Shown here one piece after another: positions 26,110 to 40,032 of a stretch of DNA of 64,000 bases. The notes below the pieces were generated by a model, which did no database searches, was not told where the DNA came from, and saw only the letters and a program-made list of their open reading frames with translations. Position numbers and translations under genes: made by a program. Origin of the DNA: Octopus sinensis (lineage: Eukaryota); contig NC_043005.1 of NCBI RefSeq assembly GCF_006345805.1, positions 41,540,001 through 41,604,000 of the forward strand, written 5' to 3'. The first letter of the stretch is position 1, and each line of letters starts with the position of its first letter.

Positions 26110-26213
26110 GTTTCCATGACAACGTTAGGATTTTTCTTGCGCATGTCACGTTCTAACCAATTCCGTAAACTTCCCAAACCCCCTGGCGGCTCTCTAACAT
26201 GTGGTAAGCCAAT
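26110..26213. promoter_or_regulatory. Promoter-like motif cluster: RFX X-box, NRF1-like site, two CCAAT boxes, CTCF-like site
   Basis: gtttccatgacaac (26110-26123) fits RTHNYYWTRRNRAC; tgcgcatgtca (26138); ccaat at 26157 and 26209; accccctggcggc (26178-26190). Confidence 0.4.
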
Positions 26214-26674
26214 TCTGTTGTGAAAAAAATATCAACCATGACAGAAAAGCATCAACATTCGAATAACATTCCATGAAATACAATGGATATATTGTTCAGC
26301 GATGAAGTTGTTGAAAAATTCTTAGATGAAGTTCACATTGCTGGTGGAAAGTACTAACCTATGAAGGAGAATTAATGAACAAAAATTTACGAAAACGGCA
26401 GCAGATTTAGAGTAGCTGCTATCGTTGTCGTCGTCGGTGATGTTAGAGCTATAGGGTTGGTGACGTTTAGTAGTGGCAGTGAGAGAATTGGGGCGATAGA
26501 TGTAAAATGGTGTTGGAAATGGTAGAGATGATGGCAATGTTTTGTTTGGGCTGAAGTTGAAGTGGTGGAAGTGACTGCTTTAGCTTTTTATTTTTTTTGT
26601 AGGGTGTGTATACAGTGTAAATGATAATGATAATAATACGGAGGTCGTGGTTCGGCTCATGTTGTCGAAATACA

Positions 26675-26718
<44 letters not shown>

Positions 26719-26984
26719 AATATATTTTTGAGAGTAATGAGAGTAAAGTTGTTGATATTAAAGACTATCAAGTTCTTATGTCAGCCGTGTGAGTGAAGTT
26801 ATTGTTATTGAGAAGGAACCTAATAAAATATTTGTGTGCGTATGAACGTGAACGTAACACACGTTTGCTTGCGTGGATGTGAGTGTGCGTATGTGTATGA
26901 ATGTGTGCGCATGTGTGTGTATGTGGTGTGTGTGTGTGTCTGTGTACGTAAATATATGTGTGTATGTATGTATGTGTATATATT

Positions 26985-27392
26985 CTTTTACTCTTTTACT
27001 TGTTTCAGTCATTTGACTGTGGCCATGCTGGAGCACCGCCTTTAGTCGAGTAAGTCGACTCCAGGACTTATTCTTTGGAAGCCTAGTACTTATTCTATCG
27101 GTCTATTTTGCCGAACCGCTAAGTTACGGGGACGTAAATACACGACCATCGGTTGCCAAGCGATGTTGTGGGGGACAAACACACACAAAAATATATACAC
27201 ACACATACATATATATATATACATATATACGACGGGCTTCTTTCAGTTTCCGTGTACCAAATCCACTCACAAGGCTTTGGTTGGCCCGAGGCTATAGTAG
27301 AAGACACTTGCCCAAGGTGTCACGCAGTGGGAATGAACCCGGAACCATGTGGTTGGAAAGCACGCTACTTATCACATAGCCACTCCTGCACC
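26985..27392 (-). mobile_element. SINE family B, full length
   Basis: Complete from the (tactcttt)n tail to the head reverse complement agccactcctgcacc. Confidence 0.92.
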
Positions 27393-27408
27393 CATACACA
27401 CACACACA

Positions 27409-27485
<77 letters not shown>

Positions 27486-27531
27486 TATACATATATATGT
27501 ATGTATGTATGTATGTATAAACCGTAGAAAG

Positions 27532-27885
27532 TCAGGGGTTATGACAGGTAAATATATTTATTCATTCACTTGAAATCCTTAACATTGCACCCTTGTAATT
27601 ATTTCAGTGTGGAATAAATTATGCTTACATATTTGCATTAATATGCATGCTATGTATTATACAATACAATTGCATATTCACAAATCATTTTGATCTGGTG
27701 ATATGATGAGTTAGCTTTCTTTATTTGGAATGATTTGTGAATATCTAGCTATATTGTATAATACGTAACATGCATATTAGTACAGACATGTAAACACAAT
27801 TTATTATGCCCTGAAATTATTACTACATGAAGATGGCTGCGAAACAAGTGGTTAAATAAATATATCCGCCTCTCATACTTCCTGA
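27532..27885. mobile_element. Long imperfect inverted repeat (fold-back MITE-like element)
   Basis: Arms 27595-27689 and 27729-27823 are reverse complements at roughly 80% by eye (for example atattcacaaatcatt / aatgatttgtgaatat); weaker pairing extends out to tcagg / cctga. Confidence 0.8.
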
Positions 27886-28139
27886 ATGAATGGAATTATA
27901 CTTGTAGTGACTGGTAACGATAGGGAGAAATGAAGATCTGCCGATCGTTTTTATGTGGCAAAGTGGTGATGGTTACTCTGAAGACATCTGCAGATATGGT
28001 AAAGCTCTGCGATTCTATTGGTTTCAAAAGTAAGAAGTAGGTCCAAACGAATACACAATTTTTCTTCCTCAGTTCCATTGTTTTCGCGGAAAAACAATAT
28101 TGAATCGATTGAGTACATAAACACGGCGACAAAATAAGT

Positions 28140-28990
28140 ACAAAAGCAAAGGTTTGGGGAAGTTCTTAAAGAAATCAGGAAATCGAAAGTTTGCAGGATT
28201 CTAAGATAAAAATTCTTACATATGAATTTTCTAAGGAAGAGAGAATAAAGCTCTGTCGGAGGGGCCTTTAAAGAAGACCGAATCAACTATTCTTCGAGAC
28301 CAAAGTGATCTCGCAGTTTTGTAAGCCCAAGATGGTTGTACTTAGTGCACATGGTAGGAGGTCAGTTATTTCTTAACGATCTAAGTTATTGGATAAAGAC
28401 GTAGTACCAACGAGATTAACGTTGCTGGTACATAGCCACCCATACATCTCGAGGGCTATTAGGTCTATACACCTTTTGGTCGTTGTAGATCGAAGGGCAG
28501 GTAACGTTGGTTTGGAGATGGTTGTATTAAGGGATACAGACAATCGACCGGGAAGTGGATGAGAAATCAGTTGGCATTGATGTAAACAGCAACGAAGATG
28601 GTTTCTTCTGACAAAGCTGTCTATACCGCTGTTGGGAGAGAGTGAATGGGCTTCCTCAGGCATCTAGAAGTATTGTTGGGAACGTCCAGTTTTGGAGTGC
28701 TAGCTCTTATTATACATGTAATCTTTGATGCATGCAAGGATTTTGTGACTAGAGGCAAGATATAAAAGTTTCACAAATCCCCATAGGTAATTCTAACTCA
28801 CAAGTACCAATTGAATTTTTCGAATGTCTCAATATGGATATAAGCAAAGAGCACCGGGTTATCCATGTCGTATCTCAAAAGTGTATATGTAAGGTCATTG
28901 AACAGAGGTAGTTCAAAGTCATCACATTTTCGACTTGATGGCTTTACAGATACAAGTCTGTCACTTACACAATTAACCCATTAACAGATA
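28140..28990 (-). mobile_element. Degenerate Penelope-like RT remnant
   Basis: Minus-strand fragments YDMDNPVLFAYIHIETFEK (like GxAMGNP..LA.I.ME.FE) and KVYRPNSP (like T.VYRKPT); heavily decayed. Confidence 0.45.
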
Positions 28991-29562
28991 AAACATTTAA
29001 TGATACGTTAGTAAAGACTCTCTTTCTTTTGAAGATATATTAGTAGTTAAGAGCGATTAAATTCCCAGTATAATAAGAAAAAATACCACTGTCTTTTTTT
29101 TTAAGAAAAATGTTTTATAACCGTTTATAAATATATTTGACCGAATGTGGGAAGTTTGAGGTTGCTTTCAATAGTAGTTTATGACATAAGTCATAATCTT
29201 TTGGAAATCCTTTTAATCTAATTACAAATAAAACTGTCTCTTGGCAATCTAATCAGGTGTTGGCACATTTATTAAGATATAAAAAGAAAACACGATAAGC
29301 AATCTCTGGTCTTTAATGATAGTGGATTGAAGGACTCTTAATTGTATCGTATCGAATAAGTTAAAGAAAATAAAAAAGTAAATAAATTGATAAAATATAT
29401 CACAGCTGAAATGAACTCGGAACATGGACAAAAAAATATTAAAACTTTTAGAACTAGTACTCAAATGTTGTTTCTTTCAACTGTTTGGTAGAAATATTAC
29501 TGTGTACAGGTATAAAGTATTTATTAAATAATGCCAAGAATAGTATTATTCTTTCGTTGGTC

Positions 29563-29918
29563 TTAATCATTGGAGTGCGGCCATGTAGAGGTGCCTTCTT
29601 AAAGGTTTAGTCGATCATATTGGCACTAGCACTTATTTTAATTATGCAGTTTCTTTTGCCGAACCATAGTGTTATAAGAACATAAACAAAGCAACAACAG
29701 TTGTCAATTTGTGACAGATAAGCACAGTTACATAGGCGTTCACGCGTGCACGTATATAAAACGAGTTTCCGCACAGTTTCTGCTTGCCTAATTCTCTTAC
29801 AAGGCACTGATCAACCCGAGGCTATAGCAGGAGACACCTACTCAAAATGTCACGCACTAGAACTGAACCCAGGGTCACGAGGTTCCGAAGCAACCGTTTA
29901 AACCACACAGCCATGCCT
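29563..29918 (-). mobile_element. SINE family B (diverged)
   Basis: aatcattggagtgcggccatg..cttttgccgaacc..cccgaggctatagcaggagacac..aaccacacagccatgcc. Confidence 0.75.
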
Positions 29919-30072
29919 TCGACTAGTATTGTAGATTTTTTTTATGAATATGAATATAATTTGTATCTATTTTCAAAACAGTACTGAAATCATATGAGAT
30001 TAAGGAGGGTTAAACCAACATAAATATATGATGCCTGTACCAAGTTCTTTTTTGCAGTCCTGCTCTCCTTCA

Positions 30073-30263
30073 TGTTAAGTGACTGTTGTGTGGAGGCCCC
30101 CCCCCCCAGACGATGAAGTAGGCTAGCCCAATACGTAGATATAGAGGGAGAAGTCTAGACGTCGGGAGTTGAGTTGAGTAGAGATCATCCGAACGTGCGA
30201 TATAACAGTGGCAACCAGGATTTCGTAGCACACACAGCCACTGTGTAGTATTGCGACATAACA
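30073..30263 (+). mobile_element. Possible LTR remnant
   Basis: GC-richer island starting TGTTA and ending TAACA; an internal TAACA (30207) is followed by PBS-like gtggcaaccag; no TSD found. Confidence 0.3.
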
Positions 30264-31799
30264 GTGACATATGAGGTTTTAGTAACTTTTATAATGTCAA
30301 AAATATATTCCACTACTTGAAATATTTGTGTTACTTTTTGTCCGAGCAGAACCTCACTAGTTTCCCCAGATTCAATCCTCTATTAATGTATGGCCTTAAG
30401 ACGTACGATAGAGTTGCAGTATTTTAACTACAAAGCCATTGATGCTATATATTTAAAATTAACGAGATTTGGTGCTCAGAATCAACCATGAACCATGTTC
30501 TCTATTTGGTCATGAATTCCGAAGTCGTCGAGAAACCTTTATCCCTAATACCGTTACTTCGATGCCATACATAGTTGAATTATAGCCGGCATAGCAGGCA
30601 AGGCGTTGCTTCATGCAATTAGGAGCAGTTATCGCAAACATGAAAAATCAACTATACTCGACGAAACTATTTCTCAACAGCTGGTATTGTTTCAATAATG
30701 CTGAAAACAGATGTAACCTGACATCTATCCAATGTGCCAATATTTATACGACATTTGTTTAATAATGTAAATAAATATACAATGTAGATAATGCGATTCG
30801 TTTACAAAGGTAGTGATGCTATTTTAAGCAAAAAGAAAAAAAGAGAAAAAAAGAAAGAAAAAAATCGAATTCACTATCAGAGATAATTGTAAAAGATAGA
30901 AGCTTTTTGTAAATCCAACAGGTAATTTATCAAGAATGTTTGAGATCAATGTTGTGACTAAAGTAAACTTTAATCAGTTGATGTTTCGATAGTTGGTTCT
31001 CAGTCTAGGTTGGGTATTCATAACATTCAGATTTTATGGGGTAAACTACATCATATTTATGAGAGAAATCTACCGCTTTCCCGCCATAATAACGAATCCT
31101 TTTATTGTAAATGCAAATATTTGTAGCACTGGGATCAGAGAAAATATGATGTAGGTGATAAAGTACTATTATCAATAAAATCTGTAGTAATATTTTGTTA
31201 GAAGTTATATTTGGTTTTCTTGTTCTTATATATGTTTTCATGTTCGTATGTATTTGTGAGTATATGTGTCAATAGAATTTAACTTAAACACTTAAAGTGC
31301 TGTCTAAATTACGTTTTTCTATTTGACTTGTCGGTGCAAGTCATAAGCCATTTTCATATTTAGAACTCACACCGCCTGGCCACCATATTGGTTTTATAAT
31401 ATGGCAGCAGTAAACATTTATAACCCAGTAGAAGTAGCTGAATCATCTATCGCTTATAGTTATAAGTGAGAAGCAAAGCTATATTTGTGCAATTAAAGCT
31501 TGTTATTTTCTGCTACTGGTTGTTACAGTTGCAAACCTTCCTTCAATAGAGGTCAGGCAAGCGGATGGCTCGAAAATGCCATTAAAGAAAACAATAATCG
31601 TAAAAGACACTGATGTGTTAGTGCAGCCCTTTGTCTCTGATATATTTCTGACGAATCTGTTTTTGTCAATGGATAAATATGAAAGGCATGAATACGAAAT
31701 ATCGAGGCAAGCTGATAAATCAGTCTTTGATTGAAGCTGTTTCCGTCAGCATCGACGGAAAATGTGTAACATAATGCTCAAACGCACTCACAAACATAT

Positions 31800-31923
31800 A
31801 CGTAGACGTGCGCACTTACGTATGTATAATGATACTTACATTTATATATTCATATATACGTATACACATAGGTACATGTATATATGTATATATATGTATG
31901 TACGTGTATATATATGTATATAT

Positions 31924-31978
<55 letters not shown>

Positions 31979-32272
31979 GTATGTACGTGTATATATGTAT
32001 ATATATATATCTACATATATGTATATATGTATGTATATATTATACATACACACACATATATATATATATATATGAATATCTACATATATGTATCTTTACC
32101 TATATTTACACACACACTCACATACATAAATGTATATATGCATATACGTATATACAAATACGTATATATACATTTATGTATATATGCATATATACGTATA
32201 TGTACACATGCATATTTGCATATATATGCTTATATGTATATATACATATATGTGTGTATATATATATGTTTG

Positions 32273-32332
<60 letters not shown>

Positions 32333-32410
32333 CACGCTCATAAGTATGTATACATATATGTATGTATGTATGAATCTCTATATATATTATACACGCACGC
32401 ATACATATGT
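31800..32410. repeat. Long degenerate (TA)/(CA)/(TG) low-complexity tract
   Basis: Read directly from the sequence. Confidence 0.95.
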
Positions 32411-34075
32411 ACAAACAAACTCACATGAATATAGATTGAGAGATCGATTGATAAAACAGTGAGAGGGAGGGTGAAATAGAATGAGAGATACAAAATAATG
32501 AATTAAGAAGTGATGATAAACTGAGACAAACCGACAAAGTTTTTATATAGAATAAAGCGTGGAATTAATTCATCCAACCTGAAGTCAGTTTTAAGAATTA
32601 TTGAATCAATCATTCCAAAATAAAATCAAGGACTATAATTATATTGACAGCGAAATTTAATATTTCGATAATGGTGTTGGAATGTAATATTGCTTCTGGG
32701 ATTTTATGTCATGCAAGGAATATTTTCAAATCGGTGTAGTTTTATCTGATATTTCAATTCGTCTCTTCAGAGATTCTCTGGTCATCTGTTTAGAATTCTT
32801 TATTTCTTTCTAACATTCGTTTGTCTTTCTTTCTCTCCATAGATAAATTGTTTTCATTTTATGCCCCAAATTCTGATTTAATGTCTTGTTATGGCTGTTT
32901 GCAACATTTACATATTTTGTTTAGAATACATAAATCTATTCAATAATTTTACTTTAGGAATTTATTACTTTCATTTAAAAAATATGAGAAGTAAAAGCTC
33001 TAGGAACTTATATTGAAAGTTTTCGAATACTTCTGAGTTCCGTTTAGTATTGTGTAACTCATTCAATACTCAATGTTGTGAAGATTATCTACAAGTTATG
33101 TGGAACTTCACTCTTTTACTATAAGAATAAAAACCATATGTTCGATACTAAATAATATTGACAATTATCGGTATAAAAGCTTATCACTAAATGATAAAAA
33201 TAAAAAACAAAATAAACATTTTTAAGGAATCAATTAATCGCTAAATTACCATTATCAAAACATGAATGTATACATATTTACATAATTTCGAATTTTAAAA
33301 GTCTACAATTGTTTTGTATCTTCAAGGAATTATGAGAAGTTTTAGGAAAAGATATTTTCAATGTCAAAGAAAGATTTTTCTAAAGGTTAGTTACTTTCCT
33401 AGAAACAGTCTGTCGATGACAGGGTTGTTAATATGAGAATATGTAAAAAAAGGCTATTACAACATCTATGTATAATATATTTGTAATTGCTATATTCTGT
33501 TGCTATCAATGCAAGGATGAAATGGCAATTATAAGAAAAATTATATTATCACTTTCGATTAGGCAAGTTAGAAGGAAAGGAAGTATTTTATTTAGAATAA
33601 GTCTATGTACATATCGTTGCTATTATGCAAAAGTGCCGTAAATTCAAAACGTTGCTTTTTCAGGAAACGAAAAAATAGTTTCACCATACCATTTCTTTTT
33701 ACATTAGCAACAGTTTCAGCTTAACAATAAAACTTTGTTGGGTGCATAAAATCGTAACTACATGCATGTATGATATATATTTTCAGCCACAAATATTTTT
33801 TGCAAAACTGTCGTATGTTGGACTTGCTACACTTTTGAAAAATGCTAAACCGTTGCACTATACTTAAACAGTTTTCATATCTCGGCATCTGAAGCAGCTG
33901 GAGATACAGATACAATAGTTTGACCAAAAGAACTGGCTATTCCAAGGAAAATTAAATATTGTAAAAAAAAAACGCATTGGCCAAATTTGGACATACGACA
34001 GTTTAACATTATAGCAACGATATGTATAAATGAATATATTTATACATGTATATACATATATACATTATATATATA

Positions 34076-34111
<36 letters not shown>

Positions 34112-34118
34112 TATATAT

Positions 34119-34151
<33 letters not shown>

Positions 34152-34630
34152 GTATGTATGTATATATATATATATATAGATATATATATATATATAAAAC
34201 AATTACATAAAAGCATTATTACCGTTAAAAACAGTAATAATGAGGTGGTTAGCAAGACTTTTACCTTAATAGGTATAATAAACCGCATCATTATTACTGC
34301 TTTTAACGGTAATAATGTTTTTATATAGTTGCCTTTTTATTGTTTATGATAGTCTTCTCTTTAAACGGAGCGGGACGTTTAAAGTTCAAAACGCACACGA
34401 GTTGACATAGTAAATATTTTAGAAATAGATATTACTATCTCCAACTGAAGATTGCAAAGCATGTTTCCTCATGCACAGCATGAAATCAATTGATATTGGG
34501 GTATATAAACTATCTTCAAATTCCATCCTAAAGGTAGACCTATTTTTTAAGGTGTTAACTGCATTACTCGCAAGTGTATTTATTGTAGGATTGGTGGTTT
34601 TACAAGCTTTCGCTTTGATCTTTGACAAGC

Positions 34631-34676
<46 letters not shown>

Positions 34677-34787
34677 CGTGCATGTGTATGTGTATATGTG
34701 TATAGATATATGTATATATATATATATATATACATATGTATACTCTTTTGCTCATTTACGTGTTTCAGTCATTTGACTGTGGCCATG

Positions 34788-35075
34788 GTTGCAGAACTGT
34801 TACCGGAGGGTAATGCAATCTTTCAGGATTATAATGCACCAATTCACACAGCAAAATATGTTATTGAGTGGCGCGAGGAACATTCTAGTGAAATTGAACA
34901 TCTTATCTGGCCACCACAGTCCTCACATCTCAATATTATGGAAACAATTCAAACTTTGTACGAGTCCATACCTCATAGAATTCAAACTGTATTTACTGCC
35001 AAAGACGGTCCTACTCCATATTAAAATATTTGTTTGAAATTGTAAGGCGTTTCCATTATTTTATCCAACCTCTGC
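34788..35075 (+). mobile_element. Tc1-like transposase 3' fragment with right TIR
   Basis: AIFQDYNAPIHTAKYVIEW..EH..EIEHLIWPPQSSHLNIME matches FQDDNAPxH..WPxQSPDLNPIE; ends tccattattttatccaacctctg; joined to a family B SINE tail at 34741-34787. Confidence 0.88.
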
Positions 35076-35109
35076 ATATGTGTGTATTCATACATACACA
35101 TACATACGA

Positions 35110-35179
<70 letters not shown>

Positions 35180-35692
35180 GCGTGTGTATGTTTGTATATA
35201 TATATATATATGTATGTATGTGTATATATGTTTAGATATGTACATGTATGGATGGATGTATTCGTATATGTGTGTGTACATGTAAAGTTATAATGGTTAA
35301 CAGACATGTAAGTATATTATTATGTGTATGTGTGAACATGTATACATATATATGTGTATGTATATACATATATATATGTGTGTGTGTCTATGTTTGTGTG
35401 TGTATAGATATGTACACCATACCACCTGTGAGAACTGAATAGGTGACTTCAAATCAATAGGCTCCACACAGGTCATCTTTTGACATGAACACAATATTGA
35501 CCACTCCAAAATATTCTATTTCTTTATTCTTGATGGACTTAACTTTCCTCTTTACTGTTATCAATTACTTTTAGTCTTATCTTTATTCTTATCTTTATTT
35601 TCATTTATATTTATTTTTATTTTTATTGATTTCATTTACTTTTCTTGTTGTTGTTGATCTCTTCTTCTTCACACAGGCTTTTGTATTATATA

Positions 35693-35780
<88 letters not shown>

Positions 35781-35982
35781 TTAATCCAAACAAGAAAACA
35801 CAAAAAGACACAACAACGCGAGGACGTGGAACAAATATAGTATTATTGGACGCTCAGGAAAGAAGGGAAGAAGGAGGGTTTAACGTTTCGAGCGGAGCTC
35901 TTCGTCGGAAACATAGGAGAAGGAAAGATCCCGAGAAGGGAAGACAGAGGAAAATATCGCCAACGGTACACACGAGGTCACA
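35781..35982 (-). mobile_element. ~200-bp microsatellite-flanked repeat (copy 1) with a hammerhead-like motif; probable Penelope pLTR or retrozyme derivative
   Basis: Near-identical to 44855-45070; bounded by (TA)n and (CA)n. Confidence 0.8.
35878..35912 (-). ncRNA. Minimal type-I hammerhead ribozyme-like motif (variant core)
   Basis: Minus strand GUUU-CCGACGA-A-GAGC-ucc-GCUC-GAAA-CG-UU-AAAC: stem I GUUU/AAAC, stem II GAGC/GCUC, palindromic ACGU stem III; core CCGACGA versus consensus CUGANGA. Confidence 0.5.
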
Positions 35983-36035
35983 CACACACACACACACACC
36001 ACACACACACACATATATACACACACTTATTTTGT

Positions 36036-36370
36036 TCATTTATTTGTTTCAGTGATTTGACTGCGGACATGCTGGTGTACCGTCCTTAGTCGAGCAAATC
36101 GACCCCAGGACTTGTTCTTTTTAAGTCTAGTACTTATTCTATCGGCCTCTTTTGCCGAACTGCTAAGATACGGGGACATAAACACACCAACATCGGTTGT
36201 CAAGCGATCGTAGGGAGGACAAACATATACACACATACACATACATATATATTTATATATATACGACGGGTTTCTTTCAGTTTCCGTCTACCAAAATCAC
36301 TCACAAGGCTTTGGTCGGCCCGAGGTGTGATGCAGTGGAACTGAACCCGGAACCATGCTACTTACCACAC
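36036..36370 (-). mobile_element. SINE family B (deletions in the head region)
   Basis: ttgtttcagtgatttgactgcggacatgctgg...acgacgggtttctttcagtttccgtctacc...actgaacccggaaccatg. Confidence 0.88.
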
Positions 36371-36667
36371 CTATATATATATAATTTTTTATATTTTCTC
36401 CGTTTTAACTTATATTTCTTTGAATGTATACCTGTAAGAAAAAAATCTTTTGCTATTTAAGCAATCAGTAAAACATACATTTCTCAGTTTGAAAACGGCT
36501 ACTTGAAGCTCGAAACTCATTAGAGTAACTCACTGTAAACATTATTTTTAAGATTAAAATAATAATTTTCCCTACCAAAAGCCATCCCTTCTCAATTTTT
36601 CAAACATACACACACATATGTATATATCTATATTTCTATATACACAATATGATATAATATATATATA

Positions 36668-36716
<49 letters not shown>

Positions 36717-36724
36717 ATATATAT

Positions 36725-36755
<31 letters not shown>

Positions 36756-36781
36756 GATATATATATATATATATATATATA

Positions 36782-36939
36782 TAAATTTCGATTCGACAGT
36801 GCAAAGACTAGCAGCTATTTGAATTACTGAAACAATTAACATCAGGATAAATATGTCTGAATATATATATAATATATATATATATATTACATTGTTTATT
36901 CAAATAGCTGCTAGTCTTTGAACTGTCAATCGAAATTTA
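36782..36939. repeat. ~42-bp inverted repeat around a TA-rich spacer
   Basis: taaatttcgattcgacagtgcaaagactagcagctatttgaat (36782-36824) versus attcaaatagctgctagtctttgaactgtcaatcgaaattta (36898-36939): 1 indel and 1 mismatch. Confidence 0.9.
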
Positions 36940-39868
36940 AGATGACATTAAAAATAATTGAAGTTGCACTAAGACTCATAACTGAGTTTATGAAACAGGT
37001 CTCTCAAATATTTCTACAAAAGAACATGTAAATATTTTACGACTATCAAGAGCCGAGAAAATGATAATTAGTTTTGATTTAGTAAAAATGATATTAGAAT
37101 ACCATAGATTTGAAATTGTGAATAAATGAACCAATAGGGGTTACAAATGTAAATCCCATCCCAAGAGCATTCATTTGTGAACTTTATTATTGTTTTGCAA
37201 TTACTTTTAGCATTCTAAAAGGAAGATTTAATATTTATACTCGTAAAATACATATAAATTTACTGAAATTGTTGAGAGAATATTTCGTTTCACCAGCGCT
37301 TAACGTTGATTACAAACTGGAATGTCATTCGACACAAACGACAAACGATAACAATCTATTAATTTTTTGGTTTCTATTTTGGGAATAAACCCATTCCCCT
37401 TAATTCCAGTTTCAACAATGACTTGGCCACCAGATGTTTTTATTTTGTACTTTCAAAACTCGTGAAAGTAAGTTAAAATGAAAACTTCAACCACTTATAA
37501 TTAAACAGCATTTAAACTTCTAAGTTCAAATTAATCTCTGCTTGAAAACTTTTGGAAACAATCATTTGTTCATAACTCCTTTCATGCTATTCCTTAACTT
37601 ATGTCAACTTTGATCCAGTTGACGTTTTATGGAGAGTTCCCCCGGTCGTGGTCCACATTGTGTCACGGACTACTTCCATGAATATCCAATGTAGCCATTT
37701 CTTCTTTAAGAAACCTGAGTTTGCTTTAAGGGAGAATTGTTTGTTATTTCTTCAGCACGCTAAGTGATTGCATAAATTATTCTTTGTCAGCTTATATCGA
37801 GATGTTTCACAGAAAGGCAAATCCATAGGACACCTATTTTTTAAAATCTTATTTTCAGAGTTATAACATTGGTTGTGGGATTGATGTTTTTGTTTTTGGT
37901 CGGAAAAAGGGTTATAATTTTTGGCATATCAAACATATCAAATATGACAACTGATAAATTTAATGAAGTCGTTGTAAACGAAAGAAAAACATTTATTTCA
38001 TAAACTTCTGGAACCTTTCCTAGATCACGTAGCATAATTTTTACACATTCTATAACATTAGTTCTTAGCATGACCTACTGCTTTTTCTTAACTTAATGTA
38101 TTTAAAAAGTGGAATACAATTTAATGGCGTAAACTTAGACAGATATATCTATATCAACTATTGATTTTTCAAAGAGATTATATTTAAATTACCTAAAATA
38201 TTGCCAGACCAAAGTGATAATAAAAAGTTTAGTTTTAACTTTAATATGTAAAAAATATATATCTGAAAGACAAACAGAAACTGGCTATTCTAATTTCCCT
38301 TCTGTACAAAACAGAGAGATAAAAACCCAAAACTGAAAATGGCAAAATCATGCCATGCTCATCAAATGGATTTTATTTTCAGAAATACAGTTTTATATTA
38401 AAACTGTTTAAAACTTGTTGACTTCCAGCTCTTTGAAATCATAATAAACATTTTTGAACCACATCGCCAAAATAATGTTTCTGTTCAGGTTCCACAAAAT
38501 CTTCTAAACATAAGTAGATTGCTTTGCTTATGTTTTATTTGCTGAATACATTTATTTCGCGTCTGTATCGAAATATACAGTTATTAAACAGAACATATGC
38601 ATCATCACAATTTCAGCCGCCTCACAAAATGGATGAGTAGATGACTTGAGTTTTGAGGGAACTTGAAAACAGGCAAAGCTGAAGAGCGGATTTATGAATA
38701 ACAGTTGTAGGATCGCATTTTTTCCAATATCTTGTTCTGCTGAAATGTTGCCATATCTTTTACGAACTCGCATCACTTCTTTATATTTGCATCTAAAAGC
38801 GGGGGTAAATTACTGCAAATCCGTAACCGCTGACGACTGATCTAAAGAGGAATTGAAAACACGCCCTTTACTTCTGCTAATTTCGTAGTTTACATTGGGG
38901 TATCATGCTAATAATTACTTCACATTTAAACTAAATATGTCCACAAATTTGCAGGAAAATTTAGCAATGAAAAATTTGTATATTTAATATAAGTTGAGTA
39001 TGATGGCTATCTCGTTGAACATTCAGGTACAGTCGAATTGCTATAAAAGAAACGTTCTTACAAATTCAACGGGTTTGAAACTTTTCAGTAGATTGGAATC
39101 AAGAGTGATGATATTTATGTGAGAGAAATTAACCTATTTGGTATCGAAAGCAAGTTATAACATAGGCTCATTTACACTTTTCAAACTACTATAAAATAAT
39201 ATATTCATCTTTAATGGCTTCCATCGGTCATATGATGTCGGTAAAATATGTCGAAAATCCTTTTTCTTAATTTCACCTTTGAAGTGATATTTGAGTTGCT
39301 TATTGGAAACTGATGACATGGTTGTAAAACATGTGTCCAATATCCTTTTGAAACATGTGTTGATCAAACAGTAAAGGGAATATGGAATGCGTTATAACGA
39401 AGATTAATGTCAAATCTAATTTTTGATTTATGATATTAATATCTAACAGATAAATCTTATAAATAAAAACTATCATGAAAACTATTTGAAAGCCACAGTT
39501 ACCAGATAATAAAGCCTCACAAATGAATAACTCTAAATATTCACCTTTAGATAGATATCCTCACATATCAAGAAAAAAATTATTTAATTACGTGAGATTA
39601 TTAATCGTATAGTCTAAGTAAAAAGAAAAAAAAAACTGATAAATTTCAGAAAACAGTTTCAAAAAGAAAAACAACCCATCTCAAAACAAAAATATATATG
39701 AAACTAACTTAGTTAAAGTGTAATTCTATTAATTTAGCGATGAAAAAATATAACAAATCTCATTTTCTTGTGCAGAACATAAACTTCACTTTATAGTTTT
39801 AATTCTAGATTTTTCCTCGTTCATGCAAGCCGGATCGTGACTTAGTCTTTATGAGTAAGAAACGTCCT

Positions 39869-39927
<59 letters not shown>

Positions 39928-39999
39928 TACATATATATATGTATATATGCACACATATACATACATATCTATCTATCTATATCTATATCTCTCTCTCTC

Positions 40000-40032
<33 letters not shown>

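Noticed and set aside
36650-36782. Phase breaks (TT or AA) within long (TA)n tracts as a meaningful pattern
   Set aside because: Single-base indels in TA runs are typical sequencing or consensus errors and slippage.
37841-39367. Three minus-strand ORFs of 70-76 aa
   Set aside because: No recognisable domains or consistent splice signals; the lengths are compatible with chance.
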